Of a DNA stretch of 64,000 nt, positions 38,535 to 52,003 are shown in pieces. Under the pieces are notes generated by a model, which saw only the letters and a program-made list of their open reading frames with translations, ran no database searches and was not told the origin of the DNA. Source of the stretch: Octopus sinensis (taxonomy: Eukaryota); assembly GCF_006345805.1 (NCBI RefSeq), contig NC_043015.1, positions 32,178,001 through 32,242,000 on the forward strand. Reading direction: 5' to 3'. How positions within the stretch are numbered: position 1 is the first letter of the stretch; every line of letters starts with the position of its first letter. Position numbers and translations under genes: made by a program.

Positions 38535-39269
38535 GAGGGAAGGAGAGAAAGTATGTATGTATGTATATGTGTGTATGTGTGTTATTTCGTGTGTGTATGT
38601 ATGTGTATACGTGGATGTGTATGCGTATAAGTGAGTATCAGTATGTGTGTGTGTGTGTGTATGTGTGTGAAAGAGGGAGAGAGAGAAAGAGAAAAGGAAA
38701 GAAAGAGAGAAAGAGAGAAGGAGAGAAAGAGAGAAGGAGAGAAGGAGAGAAGGAGAGAAGGAGAGAAAGAGAGAAAGAGAGAAGGAAAGAAAGAGAGAAA
38801 GAGAGAAGGAGAGAAAGTATGTATGCGTGCATGTGTGTGTATGTATATGTATGTATGTGTGTTATTTCGTGCGTGTATGTATGTGTATACGTGGGTGTGT
38901 GTGCGTGTAAGTGAGTGTCAGTATGTGTGTGTGCATGATTGCGTGTGTGCATGTGTATGTGTATATGTGTATGTATGCGTGGGTGTATGTGCGTGAGTAT
39001 GCGTATGTGTATGTATATGCATGCATGTACGCGTTTGTATATATGTGTGTATGTGTTTACATATGTGTATGAGTGTGTTTTTATATGTATATGTGTGTGT
39101 AGGGGTGTGTATGTGTGTGTGTATGTGTGTGTATGTGTGTGTGTGTTTCGTTCTTTGGAACGACTCAAAAAGTTTCGAATTACAAAAAGCTTTGCCTTAA
39201 AAAAATGAAAAAAGCTCCGTGTCTTGTCTTTACAAACAAGATAGTATTGTTGTTCTTGTTATTTGACCA

Positions 39270-41411
39270 GCCCTGATGCAGCAGAACTATGATCCAATCA
39301 TGGCAAGCCCTGATGCAATAGGACCATGGTCTAGTCATGGCAAGCTCTGATGCAATAGGACCATGGTCCAGTCATGGCAAGCTCTCATGCAATAGGACCA
39401 TGGTCCAGTCATAGCAAGCTCTGATGCAATAGGACCATAGTCCAGTCATGGCAAACCCTTATGCAACAGGACCATGGTCCAGTCATGGCAAGCCTTGATG
39501 CAATAGGACCATGATCCAATCATGGTTAGCCCTGATGCAATAGGACCATGGTCCAGTCATGGCAAGCCCTGATGCAATAGGACCATGGTCCAGTCATGGC
39601 AAGCCCTGATGCAGCGAACTATGTCCAGTCATGGCAAGCCCTGATGCAATAGGACCATAGTCCAGTCATGGCAAGCCCTGATGCAATAGGACCATAGTCC
39701 ATTCATGGCAAGCCCTGATGCAATAGGACCATGGTCCAGTCATAGCAAGCCCTGATGCAATAGGACCATAGTCCAGTCATGGCAAGCCCTGATGCAATAG
39801 GACCATGGTCCAGTCATGGCAAGTCCTGATGAAATAGGACCATGGTCCAGTCATGGCAAGCCCTGATGCAATAGGACCATGGTCCAGTCATGGCAAGCCC
39901 TGATGCAATAGGACCATGGTCCAGTCATGGCAAACCCTGATGCAATAGGACCATGGTCCAGTCACGGCAAACCCTGATGCAATAGAACCATGGTCCAGTC
40001 ATGGCAAGCCCTGATGCAATAGGACCATAGTCCAGTCATGGCAAGCCCTGATGCAATAGGACCATGGTCCAGTCATGGCAAGCCTTGATGCAATTGGACC
40101 ATGATCCAATCATGGCAAGCCCTGATGCAATAGGACCATGGTCCAGTCATGGCAAGCCCTGATGCAATAGGACCATGGTCCAGTCATGGCAAGCCCTGAT
40201 GCAATAGGACCATAGTCCAGTCATGACAAGCCCTGATGCAATAGGACCATGGTCCAGTCATGGCAAGCCCTGATGCAATAGGACCATAGTCCAGTCATGG
40301 CAAGCCCTGATGCAACAGGACCATGGTCCAGTCATGGCAAGTCCTGATGCAATAGGACCATAGTCCAGTCATGGCAAGCCTTGATGCAATAGGACCATGG
40401 TCCAGTCATAGCAAGCTCTGATGCAATAGGACCATGGTCCAGTCATAGCAAGATCTGATGCAATAGGATTATAGTCCAGTCATGGCAAGCCCTGATGCAA
40501 CAGGACCATGGTCCAGTCATGGCAAGCCTTGATGCAATAGGACCATGATCCAATCATGGTTAGCCCTGATGCAATAGGACCATAGTCCAGTCATGGCAAG
40601 CCCTGATGCAATAGGACCATGGTCCAGTCATGGCAAGCCTTGATGCAATAGGACCATAGTCCAGACATGGCAAGCCCTTATGCAATAGGACCATGGTCCA
40701 GTCATGGCAAGTCCTGATGCAACAGGACCATGGTCCAGTCATGGCAAGCCCTGATGCAATAGGACCATGGTCCAGTCATGGCAAGCTCTGATGCAATAGG
40801 ACCATGGTCCAGTCATAGCAAGCTCTGATGCAATAGGACCATAGTCCAGTCATGGCAAGCCCTGATGCAATAGGACCATGGTCCAGTCATGGCAAGCCCT
40901 GATGCAATAGGACCATAGTCAAGTCATAGCAAGCTCTGATGCAATTGGACCATAGTCCAGTCATGGCAAGCCCTGATGTAATAGGACCATGGTCCAGCCA
41001 TGGCAAGCCCTGATGCAATAGGACCATGGTCCAGTCATAGCAAGCTCTGATGCAATAGGACCATAGTCCAGTCATGGCAAGCCCTGATGCAATAGGACCA
41101 TAGTTCAGTCATAGCAAGCCCTCATGCAATAGGACCATGATCCAGTCATAGCAAGCTCTGATGCAATAGGACCATGGTTCAGTCATAGCAAGCCCTGATG
41201 CAATAGGACCATGGTCCAGTCATAGCAAGCCCTGATGCAATAGGACCATGGTCCAGTCATGGCAAGTCCTGATGCAACAGGACCATGATCTAGTCATGGC
41301 AAATCGTGATGCAATAGGACCACGGTCCAATCATGGCTAGCCTTGATGCAACAGGACCATAGTCCAGTCATGGCAAGCCCTGATGCAATAGGACCATGGT
41401 CCAGTCATGGC
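39270..41411. repeat. 37-bp minisatellite, about 58 copies
   Basis: Consensus gccctgatgcaataggaccatggtccagtcatggcaa; no unique spacers. Confidence 0.97.
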
Positions 41412-41754
41412 TTGCCCATCTTAATTTTTAACAGACACAGTACATTTGTTATCTTTTACTTGTTTCCGTCGTTGGACTGTGGCCATGCTGTAGCACCACC
41501 TTGAATCGAACAAATCAACGCCAGTACTTATTTTGTAGGATTGGTACTTAATCTAACGATCTCTTTTGCTGAACCACAAATGTTGCGGGGAGTTAAATTG
41601 CCTAATCGATTACATCGACCTCAGTGCTCAACTGGTACTTATTTTATCGAGCTCTCAATGTTAATGTAAGCGGTATCAGTACATTCTTTATACATTTTCT
41701 TTTCAGCTACCCACTCAGTTTTTAATGAGGGCAGATTTTGTTAGGGTGAGTGTA

Positions 41755-41786
<32 letters not shown>

Positions 41787-42866
41787 TGTGTGTGTGCATG
41801 TGTGTGTGTGTGTGTGTGTGTGTGCGTCTCGGCAGTAATATAGATTCTAAAACGGTGAGCTGGCAGAATCGTTAGTGCGCCGGCATTTCGTCCGTCTTTA
41901 CGTTCTGAGTTCTAATTCCACCGAGGTCAATTTTGCCTTTCATCCTTTGGGAGTGGATAAAATAAATACCAGTTGAACGCTGGAGTCAAGGTAAGCGACA
42001 TACTCCTTCCTCGAAATTTCTGGCCTTGTTCCAAAGCTTGAAAGCAATATAGGGTCTTGTAGATTAGGTAATAAATTGACAGGGTCGTTACAACGACGGA
42101 AAGAGTAGCAATCCTGCGGTTTTGTTCCGGTCCTTTTAACTGTAAGATCAATTCTCACCAAAGTCAATTTTGCCTTTCATCCTTTCGGGGTCGATAAATA
42201 AAGTGACGGATCAATACTGGAGTCGATTCTTCTCACTCGCTCTTTTTATTTATAGTTTTCTCTTTGGAAGAAAGCAGCTGTGGACTGATGCAGAAGGGAT
42301 GAGCTCAGCCAAGACACGTTGCATCATAATGTATCACATCACAATGGAATTCCTGCAATTATAGCAGAAACTGAAGACTCAAGGCAAGATAGATAATATT
42401 GATGTAAAATGAACCTTCATTATACGATTTTATTTTTACTTAGCCTTAGGTGTTTATTAATTTTTTTTATCGGCCCTGGGGAACAAAATTTAATGTCATT
42501 CTCAGCGTAATTAGACTACAAAAGGGAGAATGCTGATACTAAATGCTGTACGAGATTTACATCTGATCTGTGTCGTTTCGATCAATTCACTGATTTCACT
42601 GTAACAGTGATTATAAAAATGAGATCGATATCCGAGCGATGGCGTATCAACATATCATTAATATAAATGATATCAGGAATATCAACTCAACAATTATGGT
42701 AACATGGCGGTATTGATTGATACCTGTTGAAGAGGAACAAGGTGTCATTTTATAGAGTGCTGTTATGTATGTATGTATGTATGTATGTCTGCATGCATGT
42801 ATGTGTATATACATGTATGTATATATATATGTGTATACATACATTGATACATACATACATACATAC

Positions 42867-42939
<73 letters not shown>

Positions 42940-42941
<2 letters not shown>

Positions 42942-43162
42942 CGCCAACCGTGGAGAATGGCGACGTACAGTAAAAGAGGGTATACAGAGGAGTGACAGAA
43001 GAGAGAGGAGAAATGGAAAGAAAGGAAGAGACATAAACAAGAGACCATGGCACTACAACCAGCCAGGAACAGTCTTCGCTACATTTGCAGTACCTGCCAG
43101 AGGGAGTGTTTGTCCAGGATAGGACTACACAGCCACAGCAAGAAATGTAACAGGAAATAAAA
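42940..43162 (+). mobile_element. RTE-type LINE 3' fragment with C-terminal C2H2-like motif
   Basis: [13 protein letters not shown]... then (frameshift) [23 protein letters not shown]. Confidence 0.8.
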
Positions 43163-43240
43163 TATAACAGCCGGACTAGTCCTAGAAAAAAAAAAAAAAA
43201 AGAATGCGCAACTCCATTGTCTCCCGAGACAGAAAGGATG

Positions 43241-43335
<95 letters not shown>

Positions 43336-43507
43336 CGAACGTATATAAACAGGAGATACAAATATTACAGGCACTTCCCCCCACACACACACTAACTAAA
43401 CATAGACACACATAGAGGTATACGCATGCGCAAATGAAGACACATGCAGTAGGAATTGGCTGACCGTTAGTAAGGAGAGACACACAAATAAGAAAGAAGA
43501 AAGCAAA

Positions 43508-43552
43508 GGACCACTGAGGAGGTCACATGAGTGTGACGAAAGAACTATGGCC
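43508..43552 (+). ncRNA. Minimal type I hammerhead motif with intact core and one extra nucleotide after A9
   Basis: ggacca-CTGAGGA-G-GTCACA TGAG TGTGAC-GAAA-GAAC-TA|tggcc. Confidence 0.7.
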
Positions 43553-43664
43553 GAAATAAGATTAAGATTAATGTAAAAAATGAATAACGCTGAAGCAAAG
43601 TAACACCAAATATATAGTGCGTGTGTTTTTATTAGCTAAACTGGCAAAATGACCATTCCTAAAT

Positions 43665-43746
<82 letters not shown>

Positions 43747-43949
43747 TTTAAAACAAACATAATTTTCGGTTTAAAAGGAGAAAAAAAAAATTTTTTTTTA
43801 GACATTCATTAGTACAACACCTAAAACTCCCCCCCCAAATATATGGCACACTAGGCATAACAACAACATGAACTTCCAACCTGTTGTCTCTTGAGGTCTC
43901 TGGGTGAGACTTGGAGCCAACTTGTACAAATATAAAGCAAAACTCAAAC

Positions 43950-44010
<61 letters not shown>

Positions 44011-44261
44011 CCTGGTCTGCTGTAGGCACCAGGCTTCATATTTATGGGGTGGGGACTAGTCGATTATATCGATTCCCAGTGCGTAACTGATACTTATTTA
44101 ATCGACCCCGAAAGGATGAACGGCAAAGTCGATCTCGGTGGAATCTGAACTCAGAGCGTAACGGCAGACGAAATACGGCTACGCATTTCGCCCGGCGTGC
44201 TAACGTTTCTGCCAGCTCGCCGCCTTCAACGTGTGTTTCTTCAGTTCTTTCAGTATCGTTC

Positions 44262-44690
44262 AACCCACAACTTCTTTCGCCATAGCCACTAGCCAGGGGA
44301 ACGCCGCCTGCCCTGCCTTGTTAAAGGTGGGTGGTGGAGCGATCATCACGATGGATTCGGATTCGTCCTACTCACCATAACGTCTGTTCGACATAACTGC
44401 ACAAGTCAGCAATACTCGGACGTTGCACGAGTACACGCACAACGGTTTCGTCTCTCTACGCGCATCTCGGACACTTCTGCCTGACAGCGCTTCCGAGCCT
44501 TACCAGGCCAGGGATTTCCGGGAATTATCCATGGTGGTACCGGGCCCAAAGTCTTCCGAAATATTCCAGCTAGTTCATCCTCGTTGACGCCTCGAGTTTC
44601 TCCGAGGACGTTATCGCTCTTACCAGCCACTAGATTTCTATATATTGCTACTGTAGAACTTCCACCGACCATATTGCTTGACTAGTAGAA
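44262..44690 (-). mobile_element. L1/Tx1-like ORF2 C-terminal fragment (zinc-finger region)
   Basis: Across frames: DNSRKSLAW, CPRCA*RDETVVRVLVQRPSIADLCSYVEQ, SIVMIAPPPTF...LVAMAKEVV. Confidence 0.65.
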
Positions 44691-45649
44691 AGTAGTGACC
44701 CTAGTGCTCAACTAGTATTTATTCTATCGATCCCGAAAGGATGAAAGGCAAAGTCGACTTCGGCGGAATTTGAACTCAGAACGTGACGACAGGCGAAATG
44801 CTACTAAGCATTTTGCCTTGTGTGCTAACGATTCTACCAGCTCATTGCTCTCTGTCATGCTGTAATATTAAAAGGGTAAAGACCGCCCTCCCCCTTTGGT
44901 CATGAATGACCATGGGATTGCACCTAGAAAGTTCCCCTCCAAGGCACAAGGGAAAGGCAAAGGGGCCGATACAACTTGGCACCAGTGACGTCGCAACTCA
45001 TTTCTACAGCTGGGTGAACTGGAGCAACGGGAAATAAAGTGTCTTGCTCAAGAACACAACACAGGGTACAATCTGGGAATCGAACTCACTACTTTATGAT
45101 TGTGAGCCCGACGCTCCAACCACTGGGCTATGTGCCTTCATAGTATAACTACTAGGATAGTGATCATTTAACATGACAATAATAAAATATCAACGTGGAT
45201 GTTGATGTCTACTGTATATCGATATGAATATCAGAGTAATATCGACACGGCATGCAAGAGTGCCACACCACCTACATGGCAGATAAATATATATCTATGG
45301 ACGACGTGATATCAGACGTGACGACAACGATGCCAACACAAACTGTGATATCCATCAATACGGCAACTCAACACCTTATTGATATCGCCATGACAGCAAC
45401 AGCTCAACAGAAGTCAGAGTCGTTTTTAAATGTCTATATATGAAAAAAACAACAAAAAAACAAAAACAAAAACCACCACCACAACAACAGCAACAAGAAC
45501 AACAACAAAATTCAACCGTTTTACAGATATTTTTACTTCATTTTTATCACCGTGTTTTATCTCTTTTTTTTTTAAAAGAAATTTCTTTTGTCACAATTTT
45601 CTTGCAGCTCTTTAAAAATAAATAAACAAACAAGAATATTTTTTCCATA

Positions 45650-45736
45650 TTCTTCTTCTTCTTCTTCTTCTTCTTCTTCTTCTTCTTCTTCTTCTTCTTC
45701 TTCTTCTTCTTCTTCTTCTTCTTCTTCTTCTTCTTC
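45650..45736. repeat. Perfect (CTT)n microsatellite
   Basis: Direct reading; source of the poly-K ORF. Confidence 0.95.
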
Positions 45737-46402
45737 ATAATTTCGTTTCTTCTTTCATTAGCACTCAGCCACCCGCCTCCAACTTTTTGGAAGATATTTA
45801 TCATTCAAAGTTCTACACGACACGAATTTGTTTTAGTTTCTAGGCAACTATTTTTTTTTTACTCCATGAGAGATATTTTTTCATTTTATTTTCCCCGCAT
45901 TATGTTTTAAACCCTACCCTGTGTACGCATGCGTGCATGTATGTATGTATGTATGTATGTATGTATGTATGTATGTATGTATGTATGTATGTATGTATGT
46001 ATGTATGTATGTATGTATATATGTATGTATGTATGTATGATTTTACGTATGTATATATGTATGTACATATGTATGTATTCATACACGTATATACATACAC
46101 ACACGCAAACAGACATATATGCATATATACATAAAACATTCTTATGTATGTATATATGTGTATATACAAGTACATAAGTGTATGTGTATATGTGTATATA
46201 TGATTGTACGCCTGCACGCACACACACACACAGATGCGCGCGCGCACACACACACATATATATGTACATAAGTGTGCGTGTATATATATCTATATCTATA
46301 TATATCTATGTGTGTTTGTGTGTACGTATGGATATGTATCTGTTTCTTGTATACGTATATGGACACAAATGTATATGAATATATACCTATACATACACGT
46401 AT

Positions 46403-46473
<71 letters not shown>

Positions 46474-46861
46474 ATATTATATATATATATATAAATATAT
46501 ATATGTTCTTTTGTGGCGTAGAACACTGTCCTTTGTGTCCGCTTACAGTTGGCACGACAAACCAGAAAAGGTTAAATCACAAATGAAAAAAAATATATAA
46601 CAAAACTGGCATCATTCCTGAGAAGATTTCCATCACAAGAATCTGTTTTTGTCATCTACAATTTTAAAACAACGGACATATATGATCCATTGGTGATATT
46701 TTCTGCTATTGTACAAAAAAAAAAAGTCTTCAAATATATTTGCAGTCAATTCCAATTTAACATTAAAACCATATAAACTCCTCGAAACAGTAAAACAAGC
46801 AATAACAACAGCTATAATAACAATAATAATAATAATGATAATAATAATAATAATAATAATA

Positions 46862-46894
<33 letters not shown>

Positions 46895-46897
46895 TAG

Positions 46898-46982
<85 letters not shown>

Positions 46983-46987
46983 TTATT

Positions 46988-47599
46988 TCTTTAAACGAAT
47001 ACAAAAATCGCCACGATAGGGTAGGAGAATATTTATATTGGAAAATAGGTAAATACTAGAAATTCAGAACTTCTGCTTTCTGGTTTGAATATAATCCTGA
47101 GCCAGTCGTTGAAGGTAAAAATGTTACTATCCCCTGGGATTTTCCAGTCAACACCGACAGAACGATCCAGGCTAATCGACCAGACATAATCATTAAAGAC
47201 AGGGAAGAAAATACTTGTAGACTAATAGATGTAAGTGTACCCACTTATAAAAATATATGTTAAGGAATTTGACAAACTAAGTAAATATAAGGACCTGGAA
47301 ATTGAAATACAAAAGATGTGGCATCTTAGAACGAGAATTGTTCCTGTAAATGTAGGTACCTTAGGTATGGTAAAAAAGGGATGTCAGAAGCATCTAGATA
47401 AGATACCAGGAGCACCATGTCTCCAAAAGATTGTACAGACAAGTAGTGCACCGATCCTTAGAAAAACGCTATCCATTTAAATGTTTACTTCCCCTCCCCA
47501 AGCTTTCAGTCATACTGTAACACCTCTTATCCCTCACTCGCCCCAGGACGCTAGGTGTGTCTCGGCAAGTAACTGTAGCAAACATGCAGATTAAAAGTA

Positions 47600-47600
<1 letters not shown>
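46988..47600 (+). mobile_element. 5'-truncated R4/Dong-clade non-LTR element: restriction-like endonuclease plus 3' UTR
   Basis: RHDRVGEYLYWKI...WDFPVNTDRTIQANRPDIIIKD...LIDVSVP...KLSKYKDLEIEIQKMW; one stop and one frameshift; (TAA)n on both sides. Confidence 0.88.
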
Positions 47601-47639
<39 letters not shown>

Positions 47640-47657
47640 TTAATAATAATAATAATA

Positions 47658-48084
47658 GAGCTACAGCAAATATTCTGCTCAATACCACAGATTTGCTTGT
47701 CAGTTGCTTGACGATATGTGCATCTCTGATCATGAGCAGAAGTAGTGGGGGAGCATCATAGCCAGTGTTGAGGGGGATTCTTTGGGGTTTGAATAATTCA
47801 CCTCTGGAAACATGGGTGTTTCGTTCAACATCCTTAAACAACCCTTATTCAGGGATCATTTGAGTGGGATGAACAATTCGACCTGAAGAAAATTCTAAAG
47901 GGGCCCCACCTGCAAGGTCATGCGCTGTTTATCTTGATATGAGATCACCATGTCGCGCACATATGGTTGTGATGCATGTGTCTGGTGTACCCTTATCAGA
48001 CGGGTAGTCATGATGGGCATTCTGGGCCTCGTATATTTTACCCCAATGTCACTTTGATGGCATGCACTACTCACTCACTTACTC
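47658..48084. mobile_element. Non-coding dispersed element embedded in (AAT)n
   Basis: (AAT)n on both flanks; inverted partial homolog at about 57105-57340. Confidence 0.6.
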
Positions 48085-48144
<60 letters not shown>

Positions 48145-48289
48145 TATTATTTCTACTATAGGCATAATGCCTGAAATTTGGGGGAGGAGGATAGTCAATA
48201 ACATCGACCTCCCAGTGTTTCACTGGTACTTAATTTATCGACCTCGAAAGGATGAAAGGTAAAGTGAACATCGGTGGAATTTGATCCTA

Positions 48290-48830
48290 TTAACTGACAA
48301 CAAGCGCAGACACTTCTCACATCAAAAGGAAACCATAAGATTACACACACCCACGTGCGCACTAGTGTCACCCAACTAAATCCATTACATTTGCACCAAA
48401 TGCTGAGACACTTTGTAACCGAAATTCGCTCCTGGCGAGAGCCCTCCTCCTCCTCATAACAAGGACGATCTTTCAGAGAGTTTGCCATTTTTACCCGCCA
48501 TCAGCTGTTGACAATCCATAAGGCTTAATTGAGGCCTATAATGCAAATCTGTTCCCATATCTGGGATACAGCTACTGCAGCTTACACAGACATCCTGGTC
48601 CGCATCAAGGGAAGGGTCACATGACTAATTATTATTCAATTACAAACAGACACTATCCAACCTTTGACATCAGGAATACTCTCTCCTCTTTATCTTTTCT
48701 AACGCTACTACAATGGATTCTATTTTACGGAATTGCTTAGTCTCGTACCTCCACTACTCAGGCCCCACCACTTGCTCGTCAATCCACTTTTCCTCACACT
48801 TGGTATTGCAATCCACTTGGTCACACATTA
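48290..48830 (+). mobile_element. Decayed CR1/L2/Jockey-group LINE, RT C-terminus
   Basis: HQLLTIHKA*LRPIMQICSHIW...LYLF*RYYNGF...ELLSLVPP. Confidence 0.7.
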
Positions 48831-50782
48831 AATATTATGCTCGTCTCTTTCTCTCCCTAATATCAGATCTCTAATTTTCTTGAACACGCTTTTCCTGTAA
48901 AACTTTAAGCAGAATATTAATATCAAGCTGACCAGTAATAAATAGATTGCAATTGTCAGGGACAATAAAACTTCCTCCAGAACCAACAAATGTAGAAAAA
49001 TTGGAAAAACAGGATTTAATATCATAGTAACCACGGAGTGTGAGAGTATTATTTAGTGAAAATCGATTCTTCACAATCCTTAAAAGATTGATATTCAACT
49101 GTTTCTCCAACAAAAATATTATTAACAGTAATACAAATGCCACACATTTTCCTAATAAACGAATATATATCATTCACCTACGGCAGTGGGTGAATATATC
49201 CTTAAGGTCAAACGTTTAATCTCCTGCGAGCAATTCTAGGCTTCATTATTAATTCAGTTCTCAATAAAATTGAGTGCGATTTTTTAAAGCAATAATGGCT
49301 CAGCCGTAAGCTACATTTGGAGATAAAATAATTGAAATTTGATTCATTAGAAAAAGTTAGATCAAAATATGTGAGGTCAAAATTGGGAGATTAAGGCGAA
49401 AAATTGACTTTGAATCAAAATATCTCAGTTATTTTATAAGAAAATTATAGTTTAATTGGATTTTAAAGAATGTGATTAACGAGAAAAAGTTTTTGGTGGA
49501 AAATTCGTTGAAAAATATTAGCTAAGAAAAAAGTAGTGTAGTAACGGAAAAACTGGTAAGTAAGCCCCCAAATTGACTTTGAACCAAAATATCTCAGCTA
49601 TTGTAAAAAAGAACAAAAACAATCCAATAGTTGTGTTCAAATGAAAGAGCTTCATGAGAGGAATCTTATGGTGAAAACTTCGACAAAAAATATTAGCTAC
49701 AAAACAATGTGGCGTGGCTTTAAGTGACAAAGAAAAAATGGTGCTCACTTTAACAAATCAAAATTTTTTTGTCTCTAAGATATTTAACATTATAGAAGAC
49801 GGTATCTGACGTCAACAGTCAATTATCTTAATTGTATGGAGCGCTTAACCGGAATTTTCGGATCGATTCTCTATAGCGGCTCGATGGCCACTCCTTTTCG
49901 TTTTCTAAGGGTATTTACCCTATCCCCTAAACTGTTGTCACAGCTATTCTGTGTTCGAGAATTCCTTTATTTTCTGTAAAATGCCATCTCACTCGGCACT
50001 TCAATATTTGTTTATAAAAATATATCATTCACCCACGGTGAATATATTGTTAAGGTCAAGTTTTAATAACTCTGGAGCACTTCTAGGCTTCATATCTAAC
50101 CCAGTTCTCAACCAAATTGAATAAGTTTTTTTCAATGTAATGATGGTCCATTCCTAAGTTACGTTTGGAGATAAAATAATTGAAATTTGGTTCATTAGAA
50201 AAAAGGCTGATCAAAATATGTGAGGGTAAGGCGAACATTGAATATAAATCAAAATATCTCTGTTACTTTTAAAGAAAATTATAGATTAATTGGTTTTGAA
50301 AGGATGTGCTCATTGCAAAGAATCTTTTGGTGGAAACTTCGTTGAAAAATATTTCGTTTTTGGATTTGGTTATTGAAAAGGTTGCAAGACACAACGAACG
50401 TTTTAGAACAATAAAAATAAGAAAACGTGGAAATTTTACCGGTGAGTGTGCTATATAATAAGGCACAAAAAGAAAATGACTCTCCCCAGACACAATATAA
50501 TTCGTTGAAAAATATTAGCTACAAATATATATTGTGGCTTTAAGTGACAAAAAAAAGTAAACCCCAAAATTGATTTTGATTCAAAATAGCTCAGATATTG
50601 TAACCCCCCCGAAACTATATGATAGTTGCGCTCAGATAAGAGCTCTACGAAAATAATTTTATGGTAAAAACCTCGTCAAAAAATAATCGCTACAAAAAGT
50701 GATGTTGATTTAAGGGACGCCAAAAAGGGGATCATTTTAACAAATCAAAATAATTTTGTCATTTTAAGACATTTAGCGTTAT

Positions 50783-51532
50783 AAAGGCCTTCTTGAAGTT
50801 GATGAAATTGTGATAAAGGTCAGACTGGTGCTGCAGATGTTCCTCAGTGAGCAATCTAATTCTAAATATCTGCTCCACAGTACTCCGTTGGGGCCTATAT
50901 CCTGTCTGTTCTGCGAAGATTTCTTCCGCTTCCCCCTAAAGTCTGTTGAACAGTACTCTTAGCAATATTTTGCTAGGATGACTAGTTAGGCTGATTGTTC
51001 TATAATTCTGGCAGAGTCTTCAGTTGCCTCTCTTAGGAATGAGCATCATTAGGAATTGGGCCCACTCCTTTGACTACTGCTTCGTCTCACATATCTTCTA
51101 ACAGGTAACTGTTAGTACGTTGATAAACTTTGGCTCTCCATGATTTAGGAGTTTAGACGCGACGTTATCCACTCTTGGGGACTTCCCATCTTTGAGCATG
51201 CGCATTGTCTCTTCTGCTCCTGGAGAACTGGAGTATCCCCAAGTTTTCTGTTGTTGTTTTTAGAATTGTCTAGAGTGTTACTGTTATGTTTGAATTTATG
51301 ATTCTAAAAGTCTTTGCGGTAGTCAGACCGTCTTTTGATGACATCATTCCCACCTATGAAAGGCACGTTTTGTCCTCAAAATCATTGGTGGTGCTTTTCT
51401 TTGTTTTCGTTGGAATTTTGAGGGCTCTATAAGCAACTTTGTGGTTACCCTTCTATATCCCCGTTTTGATTATTTTGCACTGGACTGCTATCCATTCCTA
51501 TTTGGCTTCCCTCATTTTCTTTCTAATTTTCA
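50783..51532 (-). mobile_element. RTE-clade LINE fragment, linker and RT N-terminal subdomains
   Basis: KSPRVDNVASKLL...IPKRGN*RLCQNYRTISLTSHPSKILLRV...EQTGYRPQRSTVEQIF...HNFINFKKAF, with stops. Confidence 0.9.
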
Positions 51533-51679
51533 GGTACATATGAAAAATTGCGTGGATGAAACAGCTGTTTGAGAAAGATTCTCTTGAAAAAATTCCCAAA
51601 AATTATACAATATATTACTTGTAGATAACCATGTACAGTATTTAACTTCATTATTTAGAATTTCATCAGTCGTTTTCAT

Positions 51680-52003
51680 AAGCATTCATGCAGCAAAACT
51701 TACTGTAGCGTTTGTGTAAAAGGAAAAAATGGGGTCAACAAATGTCGATTTGGCTTTCCTGAGGCTGAAGGAAGATTCAATTTCTCCGCTGTCGCTGAAA
51801 GTGTCAAAATAAGATGAAATGGAAAAGATGTTAAAAGGCTTCATCAACTTCAAAGAAAATCAACTGAAAAATTTATCAATGATCACAATCCTTTACTGCT
51901 TTTGATATGGCAGGCGAATGTTGGCTGTCAGTATATTGGAGAAAACAATACGATATTGACCAGATATGTGACTAGCTATCAGATCTTAGAAAAAGGAAGC
52001 TAA
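51680..52003 (+). mobile_element. Helitron (Helentron/Helitron2-type) Rep-domain remnant
   Basis: KHSCSKTYC...KCRFGFP...FINDHNPLLLLIWQANVGCQYIG...RYVTSY; TGA at 51815. Confidence 0.72.

Noticed and set aside
39270-41411. CRISPR array
   Set aside because: Contiguous 37-bp units with no unique spacers, eukaryotic context, and no cas genes.
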